From Camelus dromedarius (Eukaryota): DNA of 64,000 nucleotides. Below are positions 25,547 through 38,060 of the stretch, piece by piece. The stretch's first letter is position 1; the number at the start of each line of letters is the position of its first letter. The notes under the pieces are model-generated. The model saw only the letters and a program-made list of their open reading frames with translations, searched no databases and was not told the DNA's origin. The stretch covers positions 34,846,001 through 34,910,000 of the forward strand of contig NC_087437.1 in assembly GCF_036321535.1 (NCBI RefSeq). Direction: 5' to 3'. Made by a program: the position numbers and the translations under genes.

Positions 25547-26989
25547 TCATCTTACCTTTTTAACAGAAGCCCTCATATGCGCTCTGAGAAGACATTGATC
25601 TAAGTTTTGCAGTGGGCAAATAAAATTTTTAATTTTAAAGAACTTTGCTGAGAATACTGGCAACCACAGGCTAATGCTGAGATTTAGAAGCAGGACATGC
25701 TGCCTCTGGTGATGAAAACATTTGACTGGAGCTGTGTTTATCTTTCTAACCAAGTTGTCATTGCCGTAAGGGAAGTAATGTTACTACCTGCTCTAAAGTA
25801 GTATTTGATTACAAGGCCTAGAGAAAATGTGTACACTTCAAAGAATACTTGTACCAGGTGGTCACAATTTAGACTGCGTGGGCCAGCGAGAGACAGGATG
25901 TCAATGCCATCTGTATCTCTTCCTTTCTGTACTATTGGAATTTTGTAACCAAGTTTCTGTAGACCTTGTTGGAATGCTTGTCTAAATTTTAATGAGATCC
26001 AAGTTGATGGTAAGACCTGCAGTCTGCAGGGGAAAATAGAATAGTTTTTAAAGTGCCGGAATTTCCAATGTACTGTGACTGTTTATAGCAGTGAGACGTG
26101 AGCAGAGTGCCTCCTCTGGCTGACTTTCAGACACGGAAGATCTGTAATCACAGGCGGCTGGACTGCTGTTTAACGTCATTTTGCAAGAATGTTAAGTTCG
26201 ATCATTGTGAACTAGTAGGCACTCCGGAGTTTCATCTGGTATATTGCATCCTGAAAGACACTGTGTTTCAGCCACCTTCTAGTGCCCAGAGGTGTTCTCT
26301 TTGTGTTTCTTTCTGTAGTTAATGTCCTCGTCTCAAGGCTCTGTAGCCATCTCAGATGTGGCTGGTTTGATGAAGAGTTTCTACAGTATATACTGTCAAC
26401 AGGCACCTGAATGTGATCTTGTAGTTCTGTAGTCAGTCCAGGGGAACGGTACATCAACCACAGAGAAATCAGTAAGACAAACTGTTCATTGCACACAAAC
26501 ATTTACTGTGTGTAGGTTCTGGCAGGTGCTGAGAGTCTAAGAAATGGGGAAGGACAGTTAAGTTAGAGGTCTTTTCCCTTTGAATTTATTGCTAATCTTG
26601 ACTATTATCTTGACAATTGACTCTATAAATCTGTCTTCTAAGGCCTGCTGCAATGTGACATCGTAACTGGCTTCTTCCTTACCTGAGTCAGGGCTTTCTC
26701 TTCCTCTGATCTCAGTCATTCTCATTCAAGGAGGTAACACAAATTGTGAGTTTATTATTTATATCCTACTTGGGTCCTGAAAGTTCGATTTGCCACGCTT
26801 ACTATAATAATGTTAAAATAAAAGCAGAACATCAAAGCCAAGAAAAGGGAAGGAAAATAAATGCATTAACCATAAAGAACAGACAAAATGAAACCACTTT
26901 TCAATGGAGACAACTTCTCTTCTAATACTAAGGTTTATGGAGACTTCTTCTCTACATACCTTGTACTCTGGACTTTGAGCAACATTTTC

Positions 26990-27490
26990 TCAGCTTGAGT
27001 TCCCCCAAAGCAGAGCCTGAAGTAAAGGGCTTGATTGCAGATAGTTAATTTAGGACTCAACCCCAAGAGGCAGGAGTGAGGGGCACTGGGAGTGACCCAG
27101 GAGGGAAGGAGAAAGAGACACAGGGAAAGCTACCGTGAGAGCATTTTGTGGAGCTGGCCTCCGCTGACTGCCGCTGCCGCTTACCCTGCCTGAGGGAGCG
27201 TGTGAGCAGCGTCCCAGAACCACCTGCCAAGAGGTGAAGGGGGAAGCATTTAGCATCCAGTCTCATCTCCTTGGTTGTCAAGGGTCACTCCACAGGCATT
27301 AGCTTCCCCGCACTTCTGATTTATGGATGCCTGAGTGTGCTGAGTGGGCCATGTGGGCATCCCACGCCTTGGCATCAGGGAAGCTCCAGGGAAGGGAGCA
27401 ACTGATAAAGGGTTCAGGCCAAGGCTGCATCTGGGCTGAGCTGGTCACTGTACTGGTGGTGGGACGAAGAGTGTGAAATGCTACACAGGA
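26990..27490 (-). mobile_element. LTR16-like (ERVL) solo LTR
   Basis: gagttcccccaaagcagagcctga...tgcagatagttaatttagga resembles the LTR16 3' end. Confidence 0.6.
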
Positions 27491-28208
27491 GATATGTCAT
27501 ACAAGCACAATAAATGAGGTTTTAAACCAACTTTGCAGGAAATACCTCCAAGTTCATCTTACAGCCATTTTATGCATGATAACCATCTCTAAAAGCATGA
27601 ATGTTCATGCTTTTCAAAGTTTCTGTATAGTATGTGGCCATGCAATGCAGAGACTGTTCAAAAATTTTTATAGAAAAATGGTACCTATAGTAGAAGACAT
27701 GTGTCAGAAAAGGAGAGGGTGTTTTGTTTGACTTGAGAGGTGGCAGCTTTCCAGCTCAAACCAAAACAACAGACTAATCCTCATTTTTATAACTAATGAA
27801 TTCATGCACCTGGGCCCTTCAACCTGAGTGGCACAGTAGGAGCCAGTTATTCATGTGTAAAAAAGAGTTGCCTTCCATAGGTGACCCCAGCAGTGGTTAC
27901 TCTGGAGAGGAGAAACTGGGGGAGGAGACAGTTTTTTCACTGAATCCGCTTATTGTCTTATTTGACTTTTTAACTTTGTCCGTGTATTTTCTGTTTTTAA
28001 AAATTTACAAAAAAATAAATAAAATGAACCAAAACCTTCCAAGTACATCTCCCCTTATCTTCAGTGCCGGAAGTGGAAATATAATAAGGCAGAAAGCCAG
28101 TCTTCTGGTTTTCAATAAAGCTTTTTACCTCTAAGTTATGTGTATCCCTGGAATACGTCGAGAAAGGAACTCAGCGACAAGGTCAGCTGTCATGGACCTG
28201 CAGTGCCG

Positions 28209-28224
28209 AGGTCAGAGAAGGTCA
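28209..28224 (+). promoter_or_regulatory. Perfect DR4 nuclear-receptor response-element motif (function untested)
   Basis: AGGTCA-gaga-AGGTCA read directly from the sequence. Confidence 0.5.
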
Positions 28225-29007
28225 GGAGTGAGGCCAACTCAGTCCTGTGCCAGTGGGCAGCTGGGCTCAGGGCGCCCGCCATCGGGTTCTTGGTAGTCTT
28301 CATGCCCTGAGCCAGAGCTGATCCCAGAGTCCAGGGTGGGCTGGCCTTATTGCAAAAACCAGTGAACCAACCAAAAGCTCACCTGAAAGAGGCCAGGATT
28401 CCTGGGCAGCGAGCAGTTGGGGACTCAGCAGATTGTGACCCTGTACTTAACCTCGGCTTGGTCTTCCTGTGTCTTACAAGGTGTGTGACTTGCTGCTTTA
28501 CTTGGCCTTTTAGTCAGATTCTCTTTTTCCTGACCTGCAGCCAAACCTCTACTGATTCTTTTTTTTTCGTGCGCGAGGAAGTGTAGTATAGTGGAAAGAG
28601 ACTACCTAGTCTTTGAAGCCAAACTGGCTCCATGATAATCCCTTATGCTGTACCTTACGTGGGACTTTTTATAAGGATTGAAGATAGTGTATGGGAAATG
28701 GTGGACATTTGGTGAATGCTCTAATGGCGATGGTCTCTTATGATTTTTGTTGTAACTTAACTTGGCATATACTTAGCTTGGTATATAGGAGTGTTTTTCC
28801 AATTTCTTTTATGGTAGAAAGGATTAACTATCATGCACTTTGCATAAATTAACTTCTTACCCAGAACCCAACAGAAACCAACAAAATACTGGCTCCATCA
28901 AGCTCCCCTTCCTTCATTGCCCTGTCCCGGATGGAAAAGCAGTTCCTTGATTTTAGTGTATTTGTACCATGTTCTTATATATTTGTTTGTCTTTACTTTT
29001 TCTAATG

Positions 29008-29450
29008 CTGTGCGTTATCTCTTGTTGGGTAACAAATTACTTAGTAACTCATCTCACAAGCTTCTGAGGGTCCAGAATGCTGGTTGGTTCTCTCGTGGGG
29101 CTGCAGTCAAGCTGTCTGCTAGGGTGGTAGTCTTTGAAGATAGGCTGGAAGTACTGTGTCCAGGCTTACTCACGTGGCTCTTGGCAAGAGGCTTCCTTCC
29201 CTTTCCACATGGGCATCTCCACAAGATGGTTTGCTCCATGTCTTCCTTTGGTGTACGTGACCTAGGAGAGAGAGCAAAGGAGAACCCAAGACGGAAGCTT
29301 ACAGTCTTGTATTACGTAATATCGAAAGTGAGATACCATAATTTCTACCATACACTATTGGTTACACCGACCAACACTAAGTCATTGCCAGAGGGGACTA
29401 CACAGGAGTATGAATACCAGGAGGTGGCGACCAGTAGGGATTGGCTACCA
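29008..29450 (-). mobile_element. MLT1 (MLT1F-like) MaLR solo LTR
   Basis: gtaacaaattac...ggctgcagtcaagctgtc...ccacatgggcatctccaca...tgaataccaggagg. Confidence 0.7.
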
Positions 29451-29787
29451 GTCTGCACTGAAAAAATGTCTACTCTGACTGCCAGCACCTCCATCTCCTC
29501 TCTAGTGTCATCATCTCTTCCTCTCATTTCCTGATCTCATTTCCTTCCTCTTATAACCTACGTTCTGCTTCCCTTAAATCCAAAGCTGGAGTGTTCCACC
29601 CTGCACCAGCACCAGATGGCCTCAGGATGCTTGGACCCAGCATCCTTTTCCACACCTGCAGCTTCATTTTATTTGAACCAGTGGCAATGCCCTCATTGTG
29701 TCAGTTGTTAAATATTTTGATTATCATTTCTGACTCCTTGAATTCAGGCAGATATTTCCTTCTGGAGCATCTTAACACAGTGCCCAG

Positions 29788-30588
29788 TGTCTTAGTCTGT
29801 TCAGGCTGCTATAACAAAACATAGATAGTCCCCAGCTTATGATGGTTTGACTTACAATTTTTCAACTTTATGATGGTGCAAAAATGATACATATTTTGTA
29901 TTTTGAGGTTTGATCTTTTCCTGGGCTAGCAGTATGCAGTGGGGTTCTCTCGTGATGCTGGGTTAGGGCATCGCGTCACAGCTCCCTGTCAGCCATGCAG
30001 TCCCAAGGGTGAACAGCCGATACACTGCCATTCTGTTTTGTACTTTCAGTACAGTATTCAGTAAATTACATGAGATATTCAACACTTTATTACAAAATAG
30101 GCTTTGTGTTAGGTGATTTTGCCCAACTATAGGTGAATGTAAGTGTCCTGAGCATGTAGCAAGGCTAAGCGATGATGTTAGGTAGATGAATTCAGTGCAT
30201 TTTTTACTTAATGATATTTTGCATTTACGGTGGATTTATCTGGAGGTATAACCCCATCATAAGTCAAGAAAGATCTGTACCATAAACTGGGTGGTTTATA
30301 AACAACAGAAATTTATTTCTCACAGTTTTAAAGGCTGAAAGTCCAAGGTCAGGGTGCCTTCATGGTCAGGTGAGGGCCCTCTTCTGGGTCACAGACTTCT
30401 GACTTCTTGTGTCCTCACAGGGTAGAAGGGCTTTGGCGCTTTCTCAGGTCTCTTTTATATGAGCACTAATCCCATGTATGAGGGCTCTGATAACCTCCCC
30501 AAAGCCCTACCTCATAAGACCATCACATGGGGCATTAGAATTTCAACATGAGAATTTGTGAGGGGACACGAACATTCAGACAATAGCA
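29788..30588 (-). mobile_element. MLT1A-like MaLR solo LTR interrupted by a Tigger3 element
   Basis: Begins tgtcttagtctgttcaggctgctataacaaa, resumes taccataaactgggtggtttataaacaacagaaatttatttctcacag, ends acattcagacaatagca. 5-bp TSD cccag/cccac. Confidence 0.88.
29822..30277 (-). mobile_element. Tigger3 (Golem/MER7)-family non-autonomous DNA transposon
   Basis: Degenerate inverted termini (agatagtcccagcttatgatgg ... ccatcataagtcaagaaagatctg) followed by TA; internal gagatattcaacactttatt...aggctttgtgtt. Confidence 0.88.
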
Positions 30589-31274
30589 CCCACGTACCTC
30601 AACAGTTGTGAAATTGCAGGTTAGTTTTCACAGCGGTATCTAAATGCTTCCAAATTAAGGCATTGCCTTGATGGTAATAGTCTCTGTCTCCCCATCTCTC
30701 TCTCTCATCCTTCAACAGTTCCTTACCCCACCCCTCACCTTATTTTTCTATTTCTTTCCTTTGACTGGCTATGTTCTAAAATTTATTACATTTTTAATTT
30801 TTATATAAAAATTCAGAAGACTTGTTCTCTTTTTAATTTTTATATGGATGAGTAGAATAACTAGATGAATTTTCTTATTTGACCCAGCTGTTATTTCAGT
30901 AAGAAAAGAAGTTTCCTGTTCTTTATGGCTTCTTGGTTATCTCTTTTATTGTGTAAAAAAAAGAAAAAAGAAAAAGTAAAGAAGCAGAAATGAGGACGTC
31001 ACTGAGTATCTTGTCTGTCTATTCCACTTTTTATATCATAATTTCCCTTATTTGTGATCTACTTTTCTACCAAATCCCCACCTCAGGTTCTTTGTTCCTA
31101 AAGAAAACAGCAGTAAACAAGCGAGTCCCTCATTTTGTCAGACTTTGTGGAAGAAGAATGTGGATAGATCTAACAAGTAACTTACCCCTCACTTCCTGGG
31201 GACTGGTTCTTTATGGCTAAATTTTTAACAAATGTTTTGAGAAAAACATTATTTTTGAGAAAACTTTTCTTTTC

Positions 31275-31377
31275 TGTATTTTCTTTTTTTTTTTTTTCTT
31301 AATGGAGGTACTGGGGCTTGAACCCAGGACCTCATGTATGCTAAGCATGTGCTCTACCACTGAGCTATACCCTCCCC
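31275..31377 (-). mobile_element. Short tRNA-Ala-derived SINE (tRNA head plus A tail only)
   Basis: Reverse complement GGGGAGGGTATAGCTCAGTGGTAGAGCACATGCTTAGCATACATGAGGTCCTGGGTTCAAGCCCCAGTACCTCCA then A-rich; flanking agaaaact at 31258 and 31381. Confidence 0.92.
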
Positions 31378-32146
31378 ACAAGAAAACTCTTATTTTTAAC
31401 CTACCATTCTTTTCAAATTGCTTTTTGATCTAGGAGGAAATTCAATATGAGATTAAGGAATGAGGCAAAATGAAGAAGCCCTCACGGAATTAGAAATGTG
31501 CTCAATTTTTGCACCCAAGGTTCAGCTTGCAAAAAGTATTGGCCCACATAAATAGAAAGAAGTAAACACAGCCAAATTTGCCTACTTGTCTGCCGGCCTA
31601 TGTGTATTTTAAAAGCATACCTGAAAGTATTATGGGCCTGGTGTAATTACATTTGCAAATAAAATGCAGGAAGCTCAAGAGTATAATTAGGTGGGTTAAT
31701 TTTCCCCTTTTCTTGTAATGTCAGTAACTTCAAGCCTCTTTGGTTGACTGTACTTCCTTGTAAGCCTTCCTCTGTGGGGGAAATCAGTATTCCAGAGCCA
31801 CCAAAGAAAATGAGACTGTCTAAAAATAGTTGCCTGTTGACAAGACTGTAGATTTTTTTTTCCTGGTAATACGAAAGCTTTCCAAAATGGAATGAGGTCA
31901 AATGTGACAGATGTGGCCAAAGCCACTTCTAATCTGTAAATCCCTGCAGTTGTGCTAATTTTTAAATGGATATTTTGAAGGGACTGAATTTATGGCATTC
32001 TCAGTATTTCCCCATAACTCTTAAGCATTTGGGGGTACTCGGTTGCATTCTGTGCCTTGTCGATCAGTGCCCTGTTCAATGGTGCCCACTGGGCCCTACT
32101 TATGAGAGTCTCTAATGAGGTTCTGTTTTGCCCTGCTTTTATTTGC

Positions 32147-32191
32147 CAGGAATCATTTTATTTCTTTTTTTTTTTTTTCAGGAATCATTTT
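32147..32191 (-). mobile_element. Poly(A)-only retrotransposition footprint
   Basis: 13-bp direct repeat caggaatcatttt (32147-32159 and 32179-32191) flanks a 19-nt T tract. Confidence 0.65.
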
Positions 32192-32274
32192 CTAACCACC
32201 CAAAATAATAAAATTGGTTTACTCTAATATTCTTTACAGCTGTCCATGGGCAATTCCCAACCTTCCCACTACCA

Positions 32275-32460
32275 CCCACACCCCCAACATTTGGCAATGT
32301 CTAGAGGCTTTTTTTGTTTTCCTAACTGAAGAAGGGGAGCAGGAGTGAGGGCTAGTGGCATCTAGTGGGTAGAAGCCAAGGGTGCTGCTAAACACGCTGC
32401 AGTGCACAGGAAAGAAGGATCTGGCCCAAAATGTTGATAGTGCTGAGCTTTGAGAACTGC
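32275..32460. mobile_element. MER20 (hAT-Charlie)
   Basis: acatttggcaatgtct...ggcatctagtgggtagaagccaagggtgctgctaaaca...ggcccaaaatgt. Confidence 0.88.
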
Positions 32461-32467
32461 TTTGGAA

Positions 32468-32632
32468 CAACGTTCTCAACCTTTGCAGTGTATTAGAATC
32501 ACCTTGGGGGGCTTGTGCCCAGATTGCACTCAGACCAATTAAATCAGGATCAGTGCAATGTGACCCAGGTCTCAGTATTTTTCTTAATCTTCCCAGGTGA
32601 TTCCAGTACACAGCCGAGGCTGAGGACCACTG
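32468..32632. mobile_element. MER5A-like element
   Basis: gttctcaacc...attagaatcacc...cccaggtgattcc...tgaggaccactg. Confidence 0.8.
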
Positions 32633-33826
32633 CTTCAGAGCAAACATTTGAGATGGCAAGACTAGCTTAGGCATCGTCCTGGATGCTGTCCTTATTACAG
32701 GACCTGAAAGGGCATGATTAAAATGTGGTTGGACATATTGGACAATATCCCATTATAGTATAATAGTGAGGGTCAAGTGAATTTGGGATAACTTTATATT
32801 CTCTAAAGCTGGCACTTAAACCCCGAGAAACTGCTATCCTCATTGCCATATTGGAAGTTTGTTTCCCGTGGTTTTTTTATCCTTCTGTTAAGTGGAGATA
32901 ACAAGTATTTCCTGGCAGCTTTAGTGAATAAACTTCTCTCTGATAACATGTGGGGTGTTTGGAACATCGATAGTTTGCTTCCCTTGAAGGTTTCTTGTGT
33001 ATCTTTTTTACTTGATGAACAAGTCACATCATTTTTATCTAGCTGAATGGATGTGCTATGCAAAGTGTAGGATATCAAATATCCACTCCAAGAATATTTT
33101 ATTCGAAGTTTTGCTCTTGCAGTATAGATTCAGGTGCCAGCTTTTTAGAATTGTTATCCAGGAATACCAGCTTTCCAGCCTGGAAGACCTTGGTCCCCAG
33201 GAAGCTGTAGCCCCTCTGGCTGGAGGAGGAAGCTCCAGATACCATGGGAAGCTGAGTTTGGGTCCACCTGCCCTGCTGGGAGAATCCTTACCCATGAGTA
33301 GCTCATCGTCCAGGCAAATTACAGTGAGCCCTTAGTGTCACTCTTGGACTGTACTGTTCCTCTAGCCACAGATATCGTCTGTTCTCTGCTAAACTCCTAG
33401 TCTAGATCTGAGCCCCAGTGGGAACAGGGATTTGGGCAAGAAATTTAAAGGAACTTAAAGTCTCTGTGTTGTGGGAGACTCTGGGCATTAGTTGCTTTAG
33501 TATTGGGCCTCAAGGTGCAGGAGAATAGAGGACCAATTTCACACCACTGCTTGGGAATGCCCTGACATTCATTAGGGTCCTTGAGAATTGGCAGCTTTGG
33601 TTGCAGTGGGAGATAGCACCTTTGTCATGGACAGCCTCTTGATGGGCATTCCCTTGTGGCATGTTGGATTATAAGGAAGAAGGCTATTCAGATGATCTCA
33701 AAAACAAAGGAGGTTTATACAAGAATCTTTTGGAATGTAAGAAGAGCTTAATAGTCATATAACCAGGGCAGCTCTAGAAACTCTCAGAGAAGTATATGGA
33801 TCCTCATTCTGGGACATGATCATTCA

Positions 33827-34387
33827 TGTGATTGGGCATTTCAGATACTACTGCTGTGTAACAAACCACTCCAGACTCCCTGGCAAAAAAGAACACCATT
33901 TGCTTATGCTCATGGACTTTAGGGCTTAAGGCATAAGGGGAATGGCTTATCTTTGCCCCCTGATGTGTGGGGCCTCAGCTGGAAAGACTCAAATGGCTGG
34001 GGACCTGGGACTGGGGAAGCCACTTCCAGGATAGCCTCTTTGTTCATACTGTCACCCTGGTAAGAACCGCTTAAAGGTTGGGCTTCCCTTGGGACCGTTG
34101 GCCTGAGTGCCTACACATGGGCTCATTAATGTAAGGACCAAAAGACATTCAGACTTTTTATTTGGCAGTGCAGTGTTTTGAGAGGGCACGTCCAAGAAGT
34201 AATCATTCCAAAGGACCCAGGCAGAAGTTGCAAGCCTTTTCTACCCTAGCTTGGGAGTCACTTCTGCCAAATTCTATTGGTTGAAGCAGTGAAAGCCCCA
34301 CCCACATTCAAAGGGAAGGAACAGAAACTCCACCTCCTCATGGGAGGAGTATCAAAGCATTTCCGGTCATTTAAAAAAATTACTACA
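33827..34387 (-). mobile_element. MLT1G/H-like MaLR solo LTR
   Basis: ctgctgtgtaacaaaccactcca...ggggcctcagctggaaagactcaaatggctgggg...cacttctgccaaattctattgg...actccacctc. Confidence 0.75.
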
Positions 34388-35904
34388 CTGGGCCTCCAGT
34401 TTCACTTTGTTTCTTCGTTTAAAGTTTCGAACCAGGGACTCTGTCTCAGTTCATTATATTTGTGTTATATAGATCAGTTCCTCTGGTCCTTTCAGCTGTG
34501 GCAAAGTGGGCAGGCTTATGTATTTAGTAGAACTTCTCTTACCTGGCTCTGGAATAGGCAGGTTCTCTAAAAAAAAAGTGTTCATGATTGAGGAAGAAAT
34601 AATGAATCTCTAATGTAGACACTGCCAAGAATGGCAACCATATTACTGCCTTCCATAAGCACTTTGGTGAAATAGAGGGACCTTGGGCAAGAGAGAAGGA
34701 ACAGGGGAATAGGGTGACTGAAGCCCATGGGAGGTATGGGATCTGTCAAGAGCATGGCGTTTGAGTTATTTATGTTCGTGTGACATCTACCAGAAAGTGA
34801 GGTCTGGAAGCACTCAGGTTAAAGGATAAGTGAATGATAATGAAAAAAATCAACCTTGTTCTTGAAATAAGAACAACTCTGACCTTGAGCAAAATCAGAA
34901 CAACAGAACCACTTCACAGCTGCTATAGATTTCCAACTTTTAGAAGCATGTGTTAAATACCAGATTTTCTTGGCTTTTAGTCTGTCAGCTCCAGTCAATA
35001 ATTAAGAACACTGAATGAAACATCTTTCCTCTGAGATTCTCAAGCTGCTTAACTGATCGGTTCAGCTTAGCTGAGCATCCTGGGGTAGTAAGCAGTGGAA
35101 AAATATGGTTCTAATTTTGGTGTGTGAGTTACTAGAGCAGGCACTGAAACAAGAAATAGACTGATTTTTAATCTTCCTTTCTGCTTTGGAGAATTAACTC
35201 ATGGGGAGGTTAAGTAACTTCCTCAGAGTCTCAGAACAACTTAACAGAAGGGCCAGTCTTTACCCAAACTTTCCTGGGAGCCAACATTTATGCTCTACTA
35301 ACCAGCTTCAGATAGATTTTATAGTGGTGGTGCAGTTAGCCAGAGATGTCTGTACGATCCTTTATGCTTGTGAAGAGGTTAGGGAATGTCAGTGATGTCA
35401 TAAACTAGTTCTGTGGATCTCCTGAGCAGCAGATTTTAAGGGTAATCACACACTTACTAGAAAAAAAAAATAATTTTACGATGGAAGGGGAGAAGGCATG
35501 ATTCTTTTGCAGAAAAGATCAAACCAGAGCTAACTAATATAAAACCCGACGTATTGATTAAAGTGAATGTTGTTACTCACTTCTTAACGTCAAGGGGAAG
35601 AAGGGAGAAAATAGACTGAAACAAACAGAACAGTTCCTTAGGGAAGTCTGACATCTGAAGAGTATCAGGCCTTCCATGCCTCATGTTGAAGTCTGCCTTT
35701 CCTGTCGGTGTTTCTTCATCTGTTTATTTACCTGCCCGTTTTCCCTTGTTTTCTTTAATTTTTATAGCACCAAGTCCTGTAAACCCACCATGATGCCTGC
35801 CCTGTATGTAGTAAGTGCCTCTGGATTGGGACGTCTTAGAGAAAAATGATTTGAGCATTTCTTTCCACTCTGTTAATACTCCAAAACAGTTTATTTCTCA
35901 CCCT

Positions 35905-36716
35905 CACAGAGCCAGTATTTTTTAAACAAATACTTTTGAACACTCTAGTTACTGTCCTGAAATGAAATGTATAGATAATAGAATCTACCTCTATGCATAA
36001 TGCTTTAGAAATTCAGTGAAATGCCCTAATAATACAATGGGGACAATGGGAAAGTAAGTATAGTAAAATTATATATAATTCCACATATAAATATGCAGGC
36101 ACCAATACATTCGAAGTCATAATGGAGTTGTCAGATGCCTGCACTTAATGCTCGCGGTGCCTTCTACAGGTGCGGGCTGACAATTGGATTATTTTGACAA
36201 CTCCAATACGAGTGGTGCTGTTGTTGGTGAAGTGATTTTTTCCAAGATGGGACTAACTTTTCTTTAAGTTCTAAACAAAACAAAGCGCAAGTTCCTCTTT
36301 ATTCTCACAGTAGTTGCATTCCTGGAAAATTCAGTGTATAATAAAGCCATTCCAAAAATATTTTTTGTTTACATGTAAAACAGAAGTTCCAGACTCTTGT
36401 GATTACAAGCAGGTTTTTCACCTCTGTTACTGGAAAGTTGTGTGGGGTGTGGGAAAATCTTTGTTTTACAGGACTGTATATTGTGTTGCAGAAGCTCTAG
36501 CGTCCCTGACCCACGTGTGTGCGTGCGCGCACATGTGTATGTCAGCCACAGTCATTGTGACAACCAAAAATGCTCCCCTAAATATTCAGAGCCAGTGCTC
36601 TAGACAATGTGGAACAGAGGTGAAGAATTAGGTTCAGGTGAGAGATGTGAGTCTTCGAGTCCATTTGAAATGTTTTTGATTGATTTTCTTTAGTTTTAAG
36701 ATGTTGAGAACCACTG
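35905..36716. mobile_element. MER20B-like hAT-Charlie element
   Basis: MER20-type motifs (caggactgt...cagtcattgtgacaaccaaaaatg) and terminus gttgagaaccactg. Confidence 0.5.
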
Positions 36717-36900
36717 TTTCATTGTCTATTTGAGTTTTATTAGAATCCCTAGGATTTGGTTAGGGAAAGATGACTCCCAATTGCAGACATTGGTTCAAGC
36801 CTAAACACCATTTTAAGGAACCTAGAAAACAGGTTCATTTATATCTTGGGCTATTTTATGTAATTTTGTGTGTAAAAAATAGTGTAGCTATTTTATGAAA

Positions 36901-36938
36901 TTATATATATATATATATATCTGTATATAGATATAGAT
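36901..36938. repeat. (TA)n microsatellite
   Basis: ttatatatatatatatatatctgtatatagatatagat. Confidence 0.9.
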
Positions 36939-37117
36939 TATTCTTCCTAGAAGTAATCTAGATCTACACTGAGTCTGTTAGGATCTCCTGAAGGTCACAC
37001 TGTCTCATCTGTGGAGTTCTTGGAACCTGGCCCTTAACTGTATTCCCAAGGGCTATGGCCTATGGGAAAGCCCCATAGGAGGAGCCAAGCGCTTCAACAG
37101 CCCTAAGCGATGAGTAT

Positions 37118-37252
37118 TTCACATGGGGAAACTGAAGCACAAAGAGGTTAAATAACTTGCCTAAGGTTCTGTAGCGAGTAAGTAACAAAGCTAGAATTTG
37201 AACTCAGGCAATCTCTGCTACCAGAACCCAAGCTCTTAATCATTATACTACA
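37118..37252 (-). mobile_element. MIR SINE
   Basis: ggaaactgaagcacaaagaggttaaataacttgcctaagg...gaatttgaactcaggca. Confidence 0.85.
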
Positions 37253-37529
37253 CATGTTTAAGAAACAACCAGACTTAGTAAAGAATATGGGTTGGCAATT
37301 CGTAATACACAAAGAGACGCCTCTTAAATACATCCTGCTCCCAAGTCTGATCAAGCTAAATGCTTAGAGGTGATAATGGCTAAGAAACTGGTAGTTCTGT
37401 TACAGCTTTGTTCCTTAAGTGTCTACAGGGAATTCCCAGTATTACTTCGTATGTAACCAGATGCATATAAACAGCACTACCTGTAAAAGTGGGAAAATTT
37501 TAAGTGTCACTTTCACTCAAATTCAAAAT

Positions 37530-38060
37530 TTGGGCCAAGGAATCTCTATTCCAACTGACAAATTCAGTTCTGACTCATTTAAGCAAAAACAACCACAACA
37601 GGGTGTGAAATTTACTGGTCCCGAAAGTCCAGGTGATACACTTGATTTAGAACTGGCTTGATCCAGGTCTCAAATGATATCAAAGCTCCCTCTCTCCTTC
37701 CCTGAGCTCTGCTTCTCTTTGCATGTTAACCTTATTCTTGTCCATTGCAAGTAGTTTGCAAGTAGTTTCCTCCTTAGAGTGGCAAAAGATATTCAGAGCT
37801 TGCAATTCCAGAGGAAGAGAGAGACTCTCTTTCCTGGTATCCACAGAAAAAGATTTTGATTGGCCATTGTGGGTCACATGCTCATCTTTAAACCAAGAAC
37901 AGTGGCCAGGGAGGAAGAACTCTGTTTGGCCAGCCTGGGCCATGTGCTCACCTGCCTCATCCCTCTGCGGAGGGTAAGCAGGCACTGTGGACCTCAAGGC
38001 TCAGAAGACAAATGGCTCCTGGGGGCGGGAAGCAATGCTGGACAGGTGAAAACAACAGAT
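37530..38060 (-). mobile_element. MLT1J/K-like MaLR LTR
   Basis: ggcttgatccaggtctcaaatgat...tgattggcc...gggtcacatgctcatc...ggccagcctgggccatgtgctcacc. Confidence 0.65.

Noticed and set aside
28917..29534. 205-aa ORF, the longest in the track
   Set aside because: Non-ATG start (TTG), runs through a decayed MLT1 LTR, and has no recognisable domain.
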